This document shows, in pieces, positions 24,741-39,430 of a stretch of DNA of 64,000 nt. Location: NCBI GenBank assembly GCA_013265495.1, contig MU058669.1, positions 1,559,880 through 1,623,879 on the forward strand, in the 5' to 3' direction. Numbering within the stretch: the first letter of the stretch is position 1; each line of letters opens with the position of its first letter. Made by a program: the position numbers and the translations under genes. Source of the stretch: Vicugna vicugna. Taxonomy: Eukaryota. A model generated the notes under the pieces. That model ran no database searches and was not told the DNA's origin. It saw only the letters and a list, made by a program, of their open reading frames with translations.

Positions 24741-25585
24741 AAAAATGGCTTCTGTGTCTATTTCATCTTGCAAACCAAATTGCAAGATGAGAGTGAACAG
24801 GGAACATATTTTAAACTTCTTTCCTATCTTCCCTAGTCCTGCCAGAATACATATGGTCATTAAATATAGGTTGAATAAAGGAATAAAGTCTTGGCAAGAA
24901 CACAGTCTCTTGAGGGGTGAAAATAGGGGGGGAGGAGGAGGTGGAGGCTGGCTTGAAGACCGGGCAGGATACCAGGTGCAGGGATTTCTTTCTTGGAGCC
25001 CATCTGGTCAACCACTGAGAAGCAGCCCTTGCACTCTGAGCCCAGCTCAGCCACAACAGACTCTGCAGTTCCTACAAGAGCTGGATGCCGTCTCTAAGGC
25101 TGCATGGAAGCAGCTTGGAAAAGTTTTGTTTGAGAAGTGTCAGCCGATATAATCCCCCAGCACTTAGTGACACACAATTGCTTGAAAATGCAGCCCAGAA
25201 AAGCTATGATCAATTTCCTGTAAGTGTGATTTGTGAGGGTTATTTGGGGCAATCAACCTGTTATTTCTGCAAGGCTATCTTCACAGGCACAACTCCAATT
25301 TTGTTAGATGAGTTTTTCTGAAGGCCCTTGGACCGTGATCTCTTATTATGTAGATAATCAGCAGAACCTGCTCCTCCCTTAATGCAAGTGACTGAGACCA
25401 AGAGCCAGCCCGACGGAGATAAAATCATAGCTTTACTACGTAGCCCATTAACTGGGTAGAAACTGCATCCTGAGGCCATAAACAGTTATTAGCCAGTTAA
25501 TGATAACTATAGTCAAATCATGATATTTACATCTGTTGAATAGGGATGAAGCCTCTCTTGGCCTTTCAGCACTCAAATGATTTGC

Positions 25586-26085
25586 TGTCAACTGAAAAAG
25601 AAAATGCACAACCTAAAAGCTGAAAATTATGGTTTTTTTGGCCAACTTCCTGAGGACATCCAGCCCGGGTGACAGCCTCTCAGCTTGCTCTAAGGGGCTG
25701 CTCCAAAGAGGTAAGGCAGGAGCCAGGATACACAGGAGTTTTTGCAGTAAGGACCAGGTACTCTCAACATCAAAAGACTGTTAAATGAAGAAAACCAGGT
25801 ATCTCAAGGTAAAGAACTTAGTGCTTTTCTACAGATGGGAAGAGGCAAACGTATGGGCTCACTGAAACTGTTCCTTTGATACGTACCTCAGCTAACCAGG
25901 GCCAGTGTCCTGGGCTTTCCCATCCTGAGTCTCCTCAGGGGGCACCACTGGGGCTGGCTGAGACGGTTATCCTGTTTCCATCCTGAGTTCCCTAAGGGCT
26001 TAGCATCCATCGGTCGTGACGTGATGGCTAGATGACTGCAACATCCTTTGTTTACTGATAAAGCAGGCACTATTTTTCATTCACA
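25586..26085 (-). mobile_element. Solo ERV1 LTR (artiodactyl MER41-like)
   Basis: 500 bp from 'tgtcaactgaaaaagaaaatgcacaacctaaaag' to 'tttttcattcaca', with internal duplicated 'ccatcctgagt'. Confidence 0.85.
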
Positions 26086-28255
26086 GTGTTTTAATATTCT
26101 GGGCAGTAGAATTTCAAAACTTAAAAAGACAAGTCCTTCTGTTTATCTTGAAGACACACACAGTCAGTGACTGTAACTAAAGAATGAGGTGAGTTTTCCT
26201 AGGCTGTTCCTCAATATTATTATCTGTCTATCACCTTTATCTTCATAAAGTGCTTATGTCTCATTGAAGGTGGAACTGAGTTTCATTTTAAGTAGACTTG
26301 AGACTAGAACCAAGTCTCCTGATCATGCAGCTGTGCGATTCTGAGTGGGTCGGTTTTCCCACCTGCTGCATGAGGAGACTGGACTAGCTCACCTCCAAGC
26401 CCTTTCTTACACAGAATCCACACTGTGGTACCAAGAATTTATTCAGAATGACAGTAACAAAATAAGATTTAGTCTTTGTATATCCCCTCTTTTGCTATTT
26501 TTTTAAACAACAGTATTTTATGCATTGTCCTATTTCCCTACGTAGTCCCTGAAATTGAGAAATCGGTTAAATCTAGCAATAACCCTTCTCCAGCTGTAGA
26601 TGCAAATTAATGCAAAACATATTGTTTGGGGTTGACTTAACACCCAGGGATGTGTACTTTGAGCTTGTTTTCCAGTTTGTTGCACTAAGGGCGTCTGCCT
26701 TAATTGGAGCTATTTGGACCAGGACACAGTATTTGCTCAGGCAGGCTCCCTGATAAGTACAGAAAACAAAATGTGATCCACAAATAGCACTGAAAGTTAC
26801 GTGGATTCAGAGGTCTTCAGTTTAGAAAGAAATTATTTCTGAAAACATGAGCTTTAGAAATTGCAGGTTAACCATTAATTTTCTTTCCTCATTGATAGTT
26901 ACTAGTCCCAACTTGAACGTACGTGCATAGGCTGAGTGTCTGGGGATATAGGACCTGTGTGCTTGTGGGGGGAAGTCTTACGCGTACATTACAGCTAAGG
27001 GGCACTTACTAAGGTTCATGTATCACTTGCTGTGTGTCCAGGCCCTGGTAAGTTACAGATGGCATAAGACACAATGGGACGAGGATGGCAATGTGACCAC
27101 CGCCCGCAAGGAGGCTCAGGTTGAGCTGAGACTACAAGTTTGAATAGAGAAGAACGGAGGTGCGTATAATCAATGCGTGTTTGTTGAGTTCTGACACTAA
27201 ATGCTAGTGGTGTTTTCTGAACAGGTAGAAGAATCAGGGCAGGCTTCCTGGGCAGTAGGGGACCTTGGAGGAGGCATGAGACTTGGAATGGTGATGAGGA
27301 AGGGAAAGGAAGGATGTCCGAATGCAGGGAAGCCTCATCTTCAAATGTATATTTGAACCTCTTTAAAGAAACGTCCCATTAAAAAAGTTATAAATAATGA
27401 CAAGCCTTTCCCCAGTTTACTTCCTGCACTACTTTCCAGAGTGGGAAGAAACAGAATTAGACTGATGGGGTCAGTTCATATGGTAATTGTAAGGTGTTGC
27501 ACCTTCCAGCATCCCACCCGCCCCACTAGAAATGCCAACAGAGACAACTCCGGGAGCCCTGGATCTTTGCCTCTGCCTTTATCTTCCCAAATTGCTTCTC
27601 ATTCTCTTCCTACTTAGCCTTCTCCCACTTCCCACTCCAGCATGCTAGAACAAAAGGACTTCTCAAGCAGTACACACGATAGGATTCAATCGTGCATCAC
27701 CTGAGTCAAAGAGACACACAAACACAATAAACCTTGTGCTCTTTCTTCCTAAGATTATAAGTGCCCTTCAAAGTTGGTGACGTTACCACCTAGGTGACCT
27801 GTGGGGCCAGGTGGGGAGAAAAGGATAAGTTGATAAGAACAGTATTCTTCTTTAATATACAAAGGTTCCTGATTCTTACTCACACGTGTTGACTGGCTAA
27901 CAGAAGTGGAAGTAGAAGCACAGTTCCACGGTCCCCCCCGACCATCTCTCCAGCCTTCGAAGGAGCTACCCCTTCAGGTTCACACAGGTATGTAATATTT
28001 AGGGGTAGAAACAAAAAGCCACATGTGTGAATCAACCTAATTTTCCTGAGAGAAAGGTATTTTTAGCTGCATAGGTAGGGATAGGTTGGCTTCACAGTTT
28101 AGAATGACAATAACCTGAAGACAGGGAAACAGACAAGTTACAATCTCGAAGCCTCACTGTGCTAAACAGGGACAGGTCAGGACTGACCTCACAGGGTGTC
28201 TGTCAGGATAAGGTAGCAAAAGCTTTTTGCAGAGCCACTGACACACAGGATTCAG

Positions 28256-28342
28256 GAGGGAGGGTACAGCTCAGTGGTAGAGCGCATGCTTAGCACGTGC
28301 AGGGTCCTGGGTTCAATCCCCAGTGCCTCCACTGAAAAACAA
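28256..28342 (+). mobile_element. tRNA-derived SINE (camelid Vic-1-like)
   Basis: 'gagggagggtacagctcagtggtagagcgcatgcttagc...gtcctgggttcaatccccagtgcctcca' has Pol III A and B boxes and an A-rich tail. TSD acacaggattcag (28243-28255) / acacagggttcag (28343-28355). Sits in a MIR. Confidence 0.9.
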
Positions 28343-31300
28343 ACACAGGGTTCAGAGTCCCTACTCAAAAGTCCCAGCCTTGTCAATTACTGCCTAGAGC
28401 TGGCTTAGTGACTATCTATGTGGACGATCTGCAAAACTAGAAAATGAGTATTAGATGAATATCTCCTTTTAGTCTCCCCTCATAGATTTGTTTGGAACCT
28501 CAAATGAAATAATGAGCATGAACGTGCTTTGTAAACTGTGAAGTACTTTAAAATTGGACTTTGTTCCCAGCCACACATCCGACTAAGCTGGGGCCCACAC
28601 AGCCTTGGCTGCTTCTCTGTGAACATTTCCTGTGCCTCCTTCCTGGAAGGCTGCCACCGCCCAGGGCACCAGGAACTTCTCCGTGAAATGACTGATTAAA
28701 AGTGCGCAGTGATTTGCTTGGCAGAGTGCATGCAGGATTGTATTTGGAAGGCATGGAAATCAAATCAGATTTTTGGACTCGCGAGACTGAGCAGCTCCAA
28801 ATACAATTTTTTAGAGCATCTCTCTGGAGCAGCTGATGGGTCAGTGGTCAGATGGTATCAGCCTGGTGTCAGGAGCAGGAAGAGGAGAGAGAATCAATGT
28901 AAAACTCAGGGAGCGAAGACCTCCTTGTGACCTGCTGACTGCGTTTATGATTTCTTGGACTCTGGAGCTCAAATGACTCATTTTGGAGGAATGGCCAGCA
29001 GCCCACCCTATTTATTAGTAAGATACAGAGAATGGAAGTTAAATCCCTTCTACACAGTAAGGGTGAGGGTTCAAGATGTAACATACATGCCAGCAGGTGA
29101 CCTAGTTCACTCTAAAACCTGGCGCGTCTTGTCACCCGAGTGAGTGGCAAGCCCATTATCTGCTCCAAGAAGGAAGGGGGTCAACAGACAACTGCTTTGG
29201 CAGTTGACTGATTTGCGGCATCAACTGCTCCAGAGTGATAGTTTCCCTCCCATGTTAGTTTATGTGTAGAAACAAATTTCCTAAGCTTCCTGAGCCCCTT
29301 GAATATTTTCAAGTCAGTGGCTGCTGTCAGATTTATAGCACGAGAGAGACTACCTTCTAAGTCTAAGTCTAAAGTTTGTGGTTTCTAAACTTTCTGGTTT
29401 TTAAGAATAAAAATCCCGTCAAAGGCAGGGTTGTACTGTGGGCTGGGAAGATGAGACCACTCATCTTACAACTAACGCGTTTACAACACTGAAAGTGGCC
29501 GTATCACTCTGAGTTTTGGTACGTTCCTCTCTATCCTGTCTTGTCACTTAGACGGTGAGAGTTCTGAGGTATTGAGGCCCACTGCAGACTGGTCAGAGAA
29601 GAAAGAGAAGGGGCAGTGTGGAGGAGCAGGTGTAGGCAACGGCATAGAAACATTCCTAGCACCTTCTGTACAATTACTCATCTCTGAAAAGTTGTAAATC
29701 CCTAGTGTTCTTTCACATCGCTAAGATGTGAGCTGCTGGACAGTATCAATTTTTTAACGGAACAGCACATGAAAGCCTTTATCTCTTGCACAAGCATGCA
29801 AAGCCACCGTGTTTGGCAGCAGGGCTGGAAGGCCCGGAGCTGCTGCCCCTTCCTTTCTGACTCCCACAGTGATCACAAGACACCCTCATGAAGGACCCAG
29901 GGTAACCAGGGACGTATCTTGGAAACGGCTGGCAGGTGGTGCCAGGGTCACTTCCGGTTATGACACTCTCTACATCTATGAGGCAGGACACTGACATCAG
30001 CCAAGCACAATGCCATGAGGATGTGTAGATGAATTAAGGTCTGTGGAAGGTATGACAGCCATGGAGGTATGTCACTTGGATCAGTCTGAAAGAAAGAACT
30101 TGCTGTTCAGCTACAAACGTGCAGAGAGCTGCTAATGTCCAGTCATTAGTTCCACGTAGGACCTGCTTCATTTTTTCAGCTAAGGGCACATTCCTCCCAG
30201 GCAACGCCAGCCAGTTACTGAAAGCTCCATCAAACATAAGGAGTATATTGTGTATGCATGTTTATATGCAGTAAATAGTAAGAATCATACATGGAACTAG
30301 GGGTGGGGTGGGTGCAGGCTTCTCAGTACAAAATCATGCCATGTCCCAGATGTGGAAAACAGAGTATCTCTGTTCTGGGCGTAAGCAAGCATCCTCCTCC
30401 CACCCCCACCAAAATGAAATAAGAGCCACCTCAGGTCAATAGAAAGGGTGAGGAAAATCATACAGATGTGCAATCTTGAGGACTCTCCTTCAGGTATTCC
30501 TCCTGTTACTAGACTGGGGTTCAGTCATGGGCTTCATTGAGGGGAAATAATACAACTGTCTAAAGTTTAGAATATGGAGTCCTAGGACTGAAATGAACTT
30601 TTTGTCAGGTCTGCTGTCTATCCCCAGCAGTCAGGAAAGTGAACATCTGCTCATTCTGGAAATGAGGAATGCATAGTGTCTTAACAGAAATCTCGGGGAC
30701 AGACTTTAGACCTTTTGTGACTGACTTAATTACATCCATTTTTTTTTCTCCTTTCTAACTGCAGTATCTCTTTTCACTTAAGTCAGTTTTCTCCTGTTTT
30801 CTCTGACAGTCAGGCAATCTGATCCGTATGCTGCTCCCAAGATGATCTTTCCCATTTCTATCACAGAACCTGCCGGGACTAGTGTAGAGGCAGCAACATT
30901 ACCTGCGTGCAGCCGGGCTAGAGAGGGCATCTCAGTGGGAAACGGGTCTACCTAGCTCACTAAGCTACTTGGCTCTCTTAGTAACAAGGGTCCAAAAAGA
31001 TTCCCTGAAACAGATTGAGATTCCCTCTTTACCCACAATAAAGAGACAGATTCTACCACCAGAGAAAAGATGATGATGGAAAAGCTCAAAGCAGTTGACG
31101 TCCCAGAGAGATTTATGAAATAGGCAACAAGCAGAACGAGAATGTTTGTGCCATCGGGTTATATAAAATATGCAAGTCTAATCCACTAAGCAGTTTATCT
31201 TTTCACACAGCTTACTCTGCTGGGATAATTACCTTCCTGAGCAGTCCATGTCATGTACGAGGCAAAGTGTGCGCAAAATACAGAAATCTGCGTGTGCCAC

Positions 31301-31559
31301 TGGAAAATATGGAGAGGGAGGAGTATCAACACCAGTGTTAGAAAAACATCCTGTAGTCCATTAATCCAGGAAATGTGCTCAAAGTCTTGCTTTTGTTGTT
31401 AGCAAATTTGTGAAGCTTGAATTTGTCTTATAACAGCAGCAGCTAATTGACTCCTGTGCTGAATATTTTCCAAGCCCCTGGAAGTTCAGAGATGTTAGGT
31501 ACCTTACTCAAAGGTATTCAGTGAGGGCAGGTAGAGGCTGACTTTTGACCCAGGGCCTG

Positions 31560-33128
31560 GATCTCCTTCCCTGAAATAAGACCTCTGGACTTCCATCAAA
31601 GACCAGCACCTTCACCAGTGCACTAGACCCCATCCTCCTGGCCTCACATGAACACAGCTCCAACAGTTCTCCCCTACTCCCTCTTGTGACAGTGCTTACC
31701 CTCTCTGTTGGATCTCTCCATCAGCATAGACGACCGTTGCAGTTTCTTTCATCTTAAGGAACCTCTGTTAACCTCATTTTTCCTTTCAGATATCACCCCA
31801 TACCTCTGTTTTCCTTTATAACGCAAATACTTACAAGACTTATTGATACTTGATGTTGTCTCCAATTCTTCTAATTTTCTCCTGAATCCATTCGTGCTAG
31901 TCTTTTCTCCTACTACTATGGACACTGTTGCTCTAATGGTCACCTGTCCACTATGGCATGTGAAATTCACTTCTCCCTCTTTCATGAAACATTTTAGCAA
32001 ATGTTTGACTTCCAAACGTACACTCTCCTAGCTTCCTTCCAACTGTGCTATCCATTCCAGCATGAATCCCTTGCTGGTCTTATTCCTAACACTTCTCTTT
32101 TCTGTCTACACTTACTCCCTTATCCCGATGACTACAGAATTTTATCTCTGTCATAAAACCCTCCCAGTACCCATCTTCTTATTCAGCATCTTCACTTGAT
32201 TACCTGATAGCCATCTGAAACTCAGCATATCTTAAACTTGCCTCATGCATTCCCCACCACACACGGTTCCTGGCTAAATCCGATCCATCTGCAATCATCC
32301 ACATCTCAGTCGATGGAAACTCCATCCTCCCACTTGCTCAAGTCAGAACCATGTAGTCGTCTTTGACCCCTCTACTTCTCTCCCACTCTACATCTAATCT
32401 TTTAAGAAATCCCATTGACTCCATCTTCACTATATATCCACATTCATTATTACTCACCACTTCCACTGATACTACCCTAACCCATGTCAACTTCACATTT
32501 TCCTTGAAATAGCACAGGTACCTCCCAGCTTCCACCCTTTGCCCCCTGCATACTAGTCTCAATATATCACCCATGTGATAATTTAAATGTGTCAGTCACA
32601 TCTTGTCACTTCTCTGCTTAAAACACCTCGATGGATCCACATCTAACTCAGAAAACACAAAAAGTCCTTACAAAGGTCTGTAAGGCCCTACATGACATAC
32701 CCTATCCCCCTTCAAAGTTCTGGTATTAGCTCTGAATTACTCTGACTTAGACAGAATGCTGTCTTTGCTGGGCCTCCAGGCTGTTCTCTCTGTTTGGAGC
32801 ACTCTCTCCTGATACCCATATCGCTTCTCCTATTCTTTCCTTTAGCTCAAATGGCTCCTTCTCAGTAACACCCTCTCCAATGACTCTAAGTTTCTCTAGC
32901 TCTTACCCCCTACCCTCAGCCACATACACAGTTGGTTCCTCTTCCCTGCGTTATTTCCTACATACTGTTTATTGTCCTTTAACACACTGCATACTTTACT
33001 GTCTGCTCCCCTCAACTTGATACAGGTTCCTTCCTTGAAAGCTGTGGTTCTGGGTGTTTTCTTCACTGCTACATCCAAGATCGTAGAGTAATGCTGGAAA
33101 CATTGTTAAGTGGCTGTTGAATGAATGA
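31560..33128 (+). mobile_element. L2 LINE, ~1.5 kb 3' portion
   Basis: 'catctgaaactcagcatatc', 'ctgcttaaaacacctcgatgg', ends with 'gttgaatgaatga'. Confidence 0.85.
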
Positions 33129-33256
33129 GTCCTAGTACTCCTTACCCAGAGAGTGGTGGAAATGACATCCCAGCCACAGCTCCGTCTTCCAAGTGGGTTG
33201 CTGTGTGCACTGGATTAGCATTAGGAACTACAGTTGTAACTGCATCACTTACGTGT

Positions 33257-33490
33257 GAGAGGCAGTGGACCGTAGGCCTGAAGCCAGAAGACTTGGGTAT
33301 AGATTCTACCTGTGGAATTTACTAGAATTTTGATTAACTTCCTAAAATTTCTTGTGCCTCTTTTTGTTTTCTTCTGCAAAATGAAGGTAATAATCACTTA
33401 ACCGAGAGGGTCATTGTAAGGATTACTTACACCAATAAGTTACTATGCACAACGTGCTTAGACCAGCACCATGTAAGTGATATTAATGAT
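33257..33490 (+). mobile_element. MIR SINE
   Basis: 'agccagaagacttgggt...ctgcaaaatgaaggtaataatc...cattgtaaggatta'. Confidence 0.7.
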
Positions 33491-33554
33491 GATGATAATC
33501 AGGATGAAGACAACAGTCACATTTCTGTTTCTCAAGAGAGCTCAAGGATGTTGA

Positions 33555-33825
33555 TCAGGGGGTACCAACTTCCAGTTATAAGGTGAATAGGTTCTGGGAT
33601 CCAGTGTACAGCATGGTGCCTACAGCCAACAATACTGTATTGTACACTCAACAGTTGCTGTGAAGAGTAGAGCTTTAATATTCTCACTACAACAACAACA
33701 AAAAGGTAATTATTTGAGGTAAAGGGTTAGTTAACCTTTTTCAATATGTATGTGTATCAAATCATTGCATTATAAACCTTAAACTTACATGATGTGTGTC
33801 AATTATAGCTCAACACAGCTGACGG
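33555..33825 (+). mobile_element. L1MA-type 3' end fragment
   Basis: 'aacttccagttataag...gtacagcatggtg...aacaatactgtattgtac...gtcaattatagctcaa'. Confidence 0.8.
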
Positions 33826-35789
33826 GGAGAGGTCAAAGACACACTACGGAAGACTGAAAACCCTTCCAAGTAAGTAACTTACAGTGTACACTGCAGCCCG
33901 TGAAATGTGTCTTACCAGCTAACATTTAGCAAGCACTTACCCAGTATTACGTGCTGTTCTGAGCACTTTACATATTTTAACTCACTTAATCCTCACAATA
34001 AACATACGGTGTAGGTACTCACTTAAATTATTTTGCTCATTTTAAAGATGTGGAAACTGAGGGAAAGAAATTAATTAACCTGCTGTTGTATCATCAAGCC
34101 CAAGGGGTGAAGCAGAGTACAGAGCCGCTGCATGTGCACAGCAGCTGCGATGGGAGGAGAACTTTCCACTGAGCGCTCCTGAGGTAGGGGGCACGGCATT
34201 CACATCACCGGCTGCAGCCAGAGGCAGACCTACCTCCCAGACTTTCCCAGGACGCTAGTTCTTATCGCATGGTCCTAACAGCAATGGTCTCAAATAACTA
34301 TGCGGTGTAATCTTCCCTCGTGGCAAAGTACTGAAATTGGAAAATGAGTTCAACATTAGAGTGGACATAAGATTATCACTGCAATCACGCCACTCTTAGC
34401 GTGATGTGCTTTCTAAACAGGAAGGGGCAGGGATGGAGTTACAGCTAGGGGCAGAGTCACTCTCACTGGACGGAATGTGCGCCACAGCAGCCTGTAGTGG
34501 GGGTGAAACTAACAGTTGTGCCGACCGACCCCACAGTCACATGGAGGCCTTCGCAAGAGCTGAGTGTGCCCACGGGAATCCGGCACTCAGTGGAACAGCG
34601 TGTGTTCTGTGTGTTACAGCTAAAGATGGGGTCCAGACCTACCAGGCCAGGGGGTGAGGCATAAAGATAAGTGTAAGAAGTTGCTTAGTGATGGCTGCCC
34701 TCTGCACTTCAGAAGCTTGATAACAGTTAAAGAGATAGGGTCTTACATGCACAGAATACACAGAAAGGAGTACTGACTATAAGGCCAGTTCAGAGAAAGG
34801 ACGAGTCATAAATGGGGGGTGGTCAGTAAAGATTTTCTCCTCAGGCCTTATGATGAATCCACACATAAGAATGGGAATTTATGGCCAAAGGGAGGCTATG
34901 CCTCCATCAGCACAGGGCAAACGAGTTATTTGCTCCTTAAAAGGTACTTCAGCTAGCCCCCGCCTTCAGCACGAGTAAAATGTGAACCTTAGATTTCTTT
35001 ATGTTCCTAGAAAATCCCATCACCCAGAAGTCCTTGGGAACCCAGTTTCCCCCAGACCCTAAAACCTGTTTATCACTGTTGCCGACCCCCGTTCTAGCCT
35101 CCCCTGTGTCCTGCGGGCTCCTCTCACAAACTCCCCTTACCTTCGATGTCTTCAGGAAATGTGCGTCCCCCTTCTTACTCTCACAGAAACCTGGACCTCC
35201 TGCGAGCACACTGCTGCCTTCTCACGGCAGGTCTCCCCTCCCTGCGTCTGGCCTATGAGAGGCCGGAGGTGCATCCTCCTTGCTTTGCTTTGCTACCTAC
35301 AGACTCTTCTTCAGTTTTTCCCCTGAAACTCCCACTTGAATCTCATATTATTGGGCTCAAATACACATTGCCTCTTCCTTAATGCAGCTGTCAAATGAAT
35401 CTGTGTCCCTAATCCTTATTGCTCACAAGTTTTCATTCAGTGTGTTTCCCTAGTTGATCTTCTCCTTAGTGAATTAAAAAAGTCACCATGGGGGTTTTTT
35501 AAACTCCCTGAACTTTTAATTCCCAAACTTCTCTTTTTTCTATCCTGCCCATTCTCCAGACCTTTTGAGTATTAGTAACCGCAACCCCTCTGTAGTCTCC
35601 TTTTCAGTTAATTTGAAAACTACCGTCTCCAGTCTCTGGTTTATTCTGTTTTGTAACCTGACTTCATCATCCTATTGAGCATACAGTGATCTAAAGTCTC
35701 TGCTCTTAGAAAAAGAGATGCTATTCTTTAATTGTCATCATGTGCACACCCAGCTTCACTGGTGCCATCGAAGAGGCACATTAAAAGTG

Positions 35790-38700
35790 AAAGGCCAAAG
35801 GCATCAGCAAAAATGGCCGAGTAAGGCGTTTGAAAACCTTCTCTTCTATAAAAGCAGTAAGAACAACTGTATAAACTGTCAGAATCAACGTTCTCAGAAT
35901 TTGGCAAATTAACTAAAAGCTTACAGAAACCTTAAATAGAACATTCCTAAGACCAACAGCTGAATCTCGGTAATTGACCATCGTGGCATTTTAACTCGCT
36001 CCATCTCCATGACCTCCACAGCGCAACAGCAGCCTTGAAACCAGTAGCCTGGCAACTGCCAGAGGGAGCAGCCTGGGACCGGAGCACTTTAAAACCCCAG
36101 TACCAGAGAATTTGTCATGATTTAATCTGTTTGGTGATCTTCTGGAACACCCTGCTAACAAGGCCATCTTTATTTCACCTACGTCTGAGGCAGTAGATAG
36201 GAAATGGGCTAAAAAACAGACTAACCAGGGAGCTTCAAAGAAAATCTGAGGAAAGAGATGTCCAAAAGGGGCTTTGAAAAATGCTGATGTCTCCCACAGA
36301 ATCTAGAAGGCCATGCACGTGCTCATAGGGCTGTCCTCATGCTCAGGATACACTTGAGAAGACCCTAAAATCTTACTGCTGTCTCACTTGGAGTCTTCGC
36401 AGAAGCAGGAGAAGCAGCAGGCTACGTAGGGATTGGTAACTGCCTGGCAGACTGTTAAAGGTACGTCCCAAAGTGAACACACGGCTCCTCAGTCACAACT
36501 GGGAGTATCTAAGAATTTAAGGAAATCTCTACTGGGTGACAACTAATGTAACTGAGCAGAGACTTCACTGAACTCAAAAAATTAAACAAATAGCAACAAA
36601 CCCTGAGTGGGAGGGAAAATCTGATTTCCAGAATTGCCACGTTCTTTAAAAAAAACAACAAAAAAAGTATGACATATAGAGATGCAAGAAACTATGGCCC
36701 ACATGCAGAACACAGAGTATGCAACAAAGACTGCCCTTCAAAAGCACAGACACTGGAGTTATTTAAAGATATAATAGCTAAAATACGTATCTAAGAAGTT
36801 TAATGAACTCTAAGAAGGATAAATTCAAAGACATACAAAGTCAGACACATAATAATTGAAGTGTAAAAAGTCAAAGAATCTTAAAATCAGAAAAAGAGAA
36901 CAAACTGATGATGTAAAAAGGATCTTTAACAAGAATTACAGCCAATTTATCATTAGAAACCATGGAGACTAGAAAGCGGTATGTTGATACAATCAGAGTA
37001 GTAAAAGAAAAAAAAACCTGTCAACCAAGAGTTCTATATCCAACCAAACCATTCTTCAAAAATAAGGAGAAATTTAGATATTCCCAGATGAACCAAAACT
37101 GAGAGAATTTATCACCAACTTTCTCTGTCCTATGAGAAACACTACCGAGGGCCTTCAGGATGAAGTGAAGGTATCCTAGAAAATAACTCTAATTCACACA
37201 AAGAAAGAAAGAACACTGGTAAAGGCACCTGCACAAAGAAAGAAATATACAGGAGAGTATACAGCTGACCCTTGAGCAACACAGCTTTGAACTGCATGGG
37301 TCCACTTATGTGTGGATTTTTTCCCAAAAAGTACAGACTACAGTATTACCCAACCTCAGTTGGCTGAATGTGTGCGTGCCGGACCACAGTCTGTAAAGTT
37401 ATTTATATGACTTTCAACTGCACAGGAGTCAGCACCCCTAATCCCCACATTTCTCAAGGTTCAACTGTACATACATTTCTGTTCACAACTCTTTTTTCTC
37501 CTATCTGGCTTAAAAGAAAACTGGATATAGCAATGATCATTAATCCACATTGATGTTCCTACAATGTATAAAGAAGTAACTATATGAAAACAGAAGCACA
37601 AAGGAGGGAGGTGAAGCTATACAGGAGAAAATTTTTGTGTACTATTCAAGTATGATAATGGTATTTCACCAGGACAACACTAAAAAAATAACTTGGTAAG
37701 ACAGTAAATGAAACTCTAAGGGGATGAAAGTGGGATACTAGACATACCTATTTAACCCTAATGGAGCATTAAAGACACAATAGGAAAATGGCAGATATAA
37801 ATCCTTCCTTATCTGTAATCCTGTTAAATTTAAATTTATTAAATTCTCAAGATGGCCAAGTTTAGCAAAATGATTTAAAGGAACTATGATCCAATGAAAT
37901 GCTGTCTAACCAAATATTTTAAATTCAAACACATAAATAGGTTAAAAGTAAAAGGATGTAAAAAACACCACACAAATAGTTACTAAAGAGAGCTGGAAGG
38001 GCCATATTAATCTCAGGTAAAATCAACTTTAAGACAAAATAGTGCTACTGGAGATAAAGAATCTTTATAGTGGTAAGAGTCAATTTATCAAGAATATACA
38101 ACAACTATAAATATAAAAAAGTACCTAATAACAAGGCCCCAAAATATAAGAAGTAAAATATATGGAACTGAAGAGAGTAATAGAAACTTCAACAATAATA
38201 GTTGGTAACTTAAATATCCCAATGCAAGTAATGGATCAAACTATACAGAATATCAACAAGGAAACAGGAATTTTGAAAACAATATAAACCAACTAACCAT
38301 GAACCCAGCAACAGTTAAGAGTGTATTCTTCTCAGGTGTTCACCTGCCACAGTCTAAGGAACAGATCCTACGTTAGACCACCAAACAACTTCCAGTAACT
38401 TTGAGATGACTGAAATCAAAGACTGTTTTCCAAGCACAGTGGAATTAAATTCGGAGTCAATAATAAAGAAATTTGGTACATTTATAAATATGTATAAAAT
38501 AACATACTCCTAAATAACCAATGCACCAAGGAAGAAATCACAAGGGAAAGTAAAAATACTTCAAGATGAAAGTAAACTAATAACCAAGACAATTTACAGA
38601 TGCAACTAAAGCAATACTCACAGGGAAATTTATAGCTGTAAATGACTTGATTAAAAAAAACATTTCTCTAAATAAGATATACAAATGGCCAATAAGCCAT

Positions 38701-39430
38701 GAAAAAATGCTGATAAGCATCAGTTATTAGGGAAACACAAATCAAAATCACAATGGGATGAAAGTACACAACCACTAGGATGGATAAAATCTTTGAAAAA
38801 AGACAGTAACAAGTATGGGAAGAATACGAATGAACTGAAATATTCATACATTGTTGGTGAGAATGTAAAATGGTACAGCCACTTTGTAGAACATTTTGAA
38901 GGTTCCTCAGTAACAAATGAAAACAAATGCCCACACAGAATCTAGTACCGGTATGCTCATAGCAACATTATTCCTAATGGTCAAAAAGTGGAACCAACGC
39001 AAATGCCCACCTCTGATTTATTATCAACTAATAAATGGTAAACAGAATACGGTATGGTGACACAATGGAATATTATTCCACTATATAAAACAATGAAGTA
39101 TTAATTCATACCACAATGCAGATAAATCATGACAACATTGTGCTAAATAAATGAAGCCAGATACAAAAGGCCATTCATTTTATGATTTAATTTTTATCAA
39201 ATCTGTCAAATAAGCAAATTCATAGGGACAGAAAGTAGATTTCGTGGCTTCCAGGGGCTGGGAATTAGATGGAATGGGGACTCACTGCTAATGAATATGA
39301 AGTTTCTTTTGGGGTGATGAAAACATTCTGGAATTTGATAATGGTGTCAGATACACAACTTTGTGAGTATTATAAAAGCCACTCAGTTGTGTATTTAAAG
39401 GGGTAAATTTTATCTCAACAGAGTAAAAGA
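35790..39430 (+). mobile_element. Ancient L1 (L1MB-type) with 5'UTR, ORF1 and endonuclease remnants, internal deletions and 3' end
   Basis: 'aaaatggccgagtaagg' 5' motif; ORF1 'aacctgtcaaccaagagttctatatcca'; EN 'tgctgtcta...ataggttaaaagtaaaaggat'; 3' 'gtttcttttggggtgatgaaaacattctgg'. Confidence 0.85.
37262..37467. mobile_element. Tigger2a/MER8-like MITE inside the old L1
   Basis: TIRs 'cagctgacccttgagcaacac' and 'tctcaaggttcaactg', flanked by TA on both sides (37260-61, 37468-69). Confidence 0.9.

Noticed and set aside
25085..25225. Possible exon ending at a gtaagt donor (25220)
   Set aside because: No recognisable protein, weak exonic donor context and no supported acceptor.
28256..28331. 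Possible functional tRNA gene
   Set aside because: A-rich tail, TSD, no T-run terminator and imperfect stems indicate a SINE.
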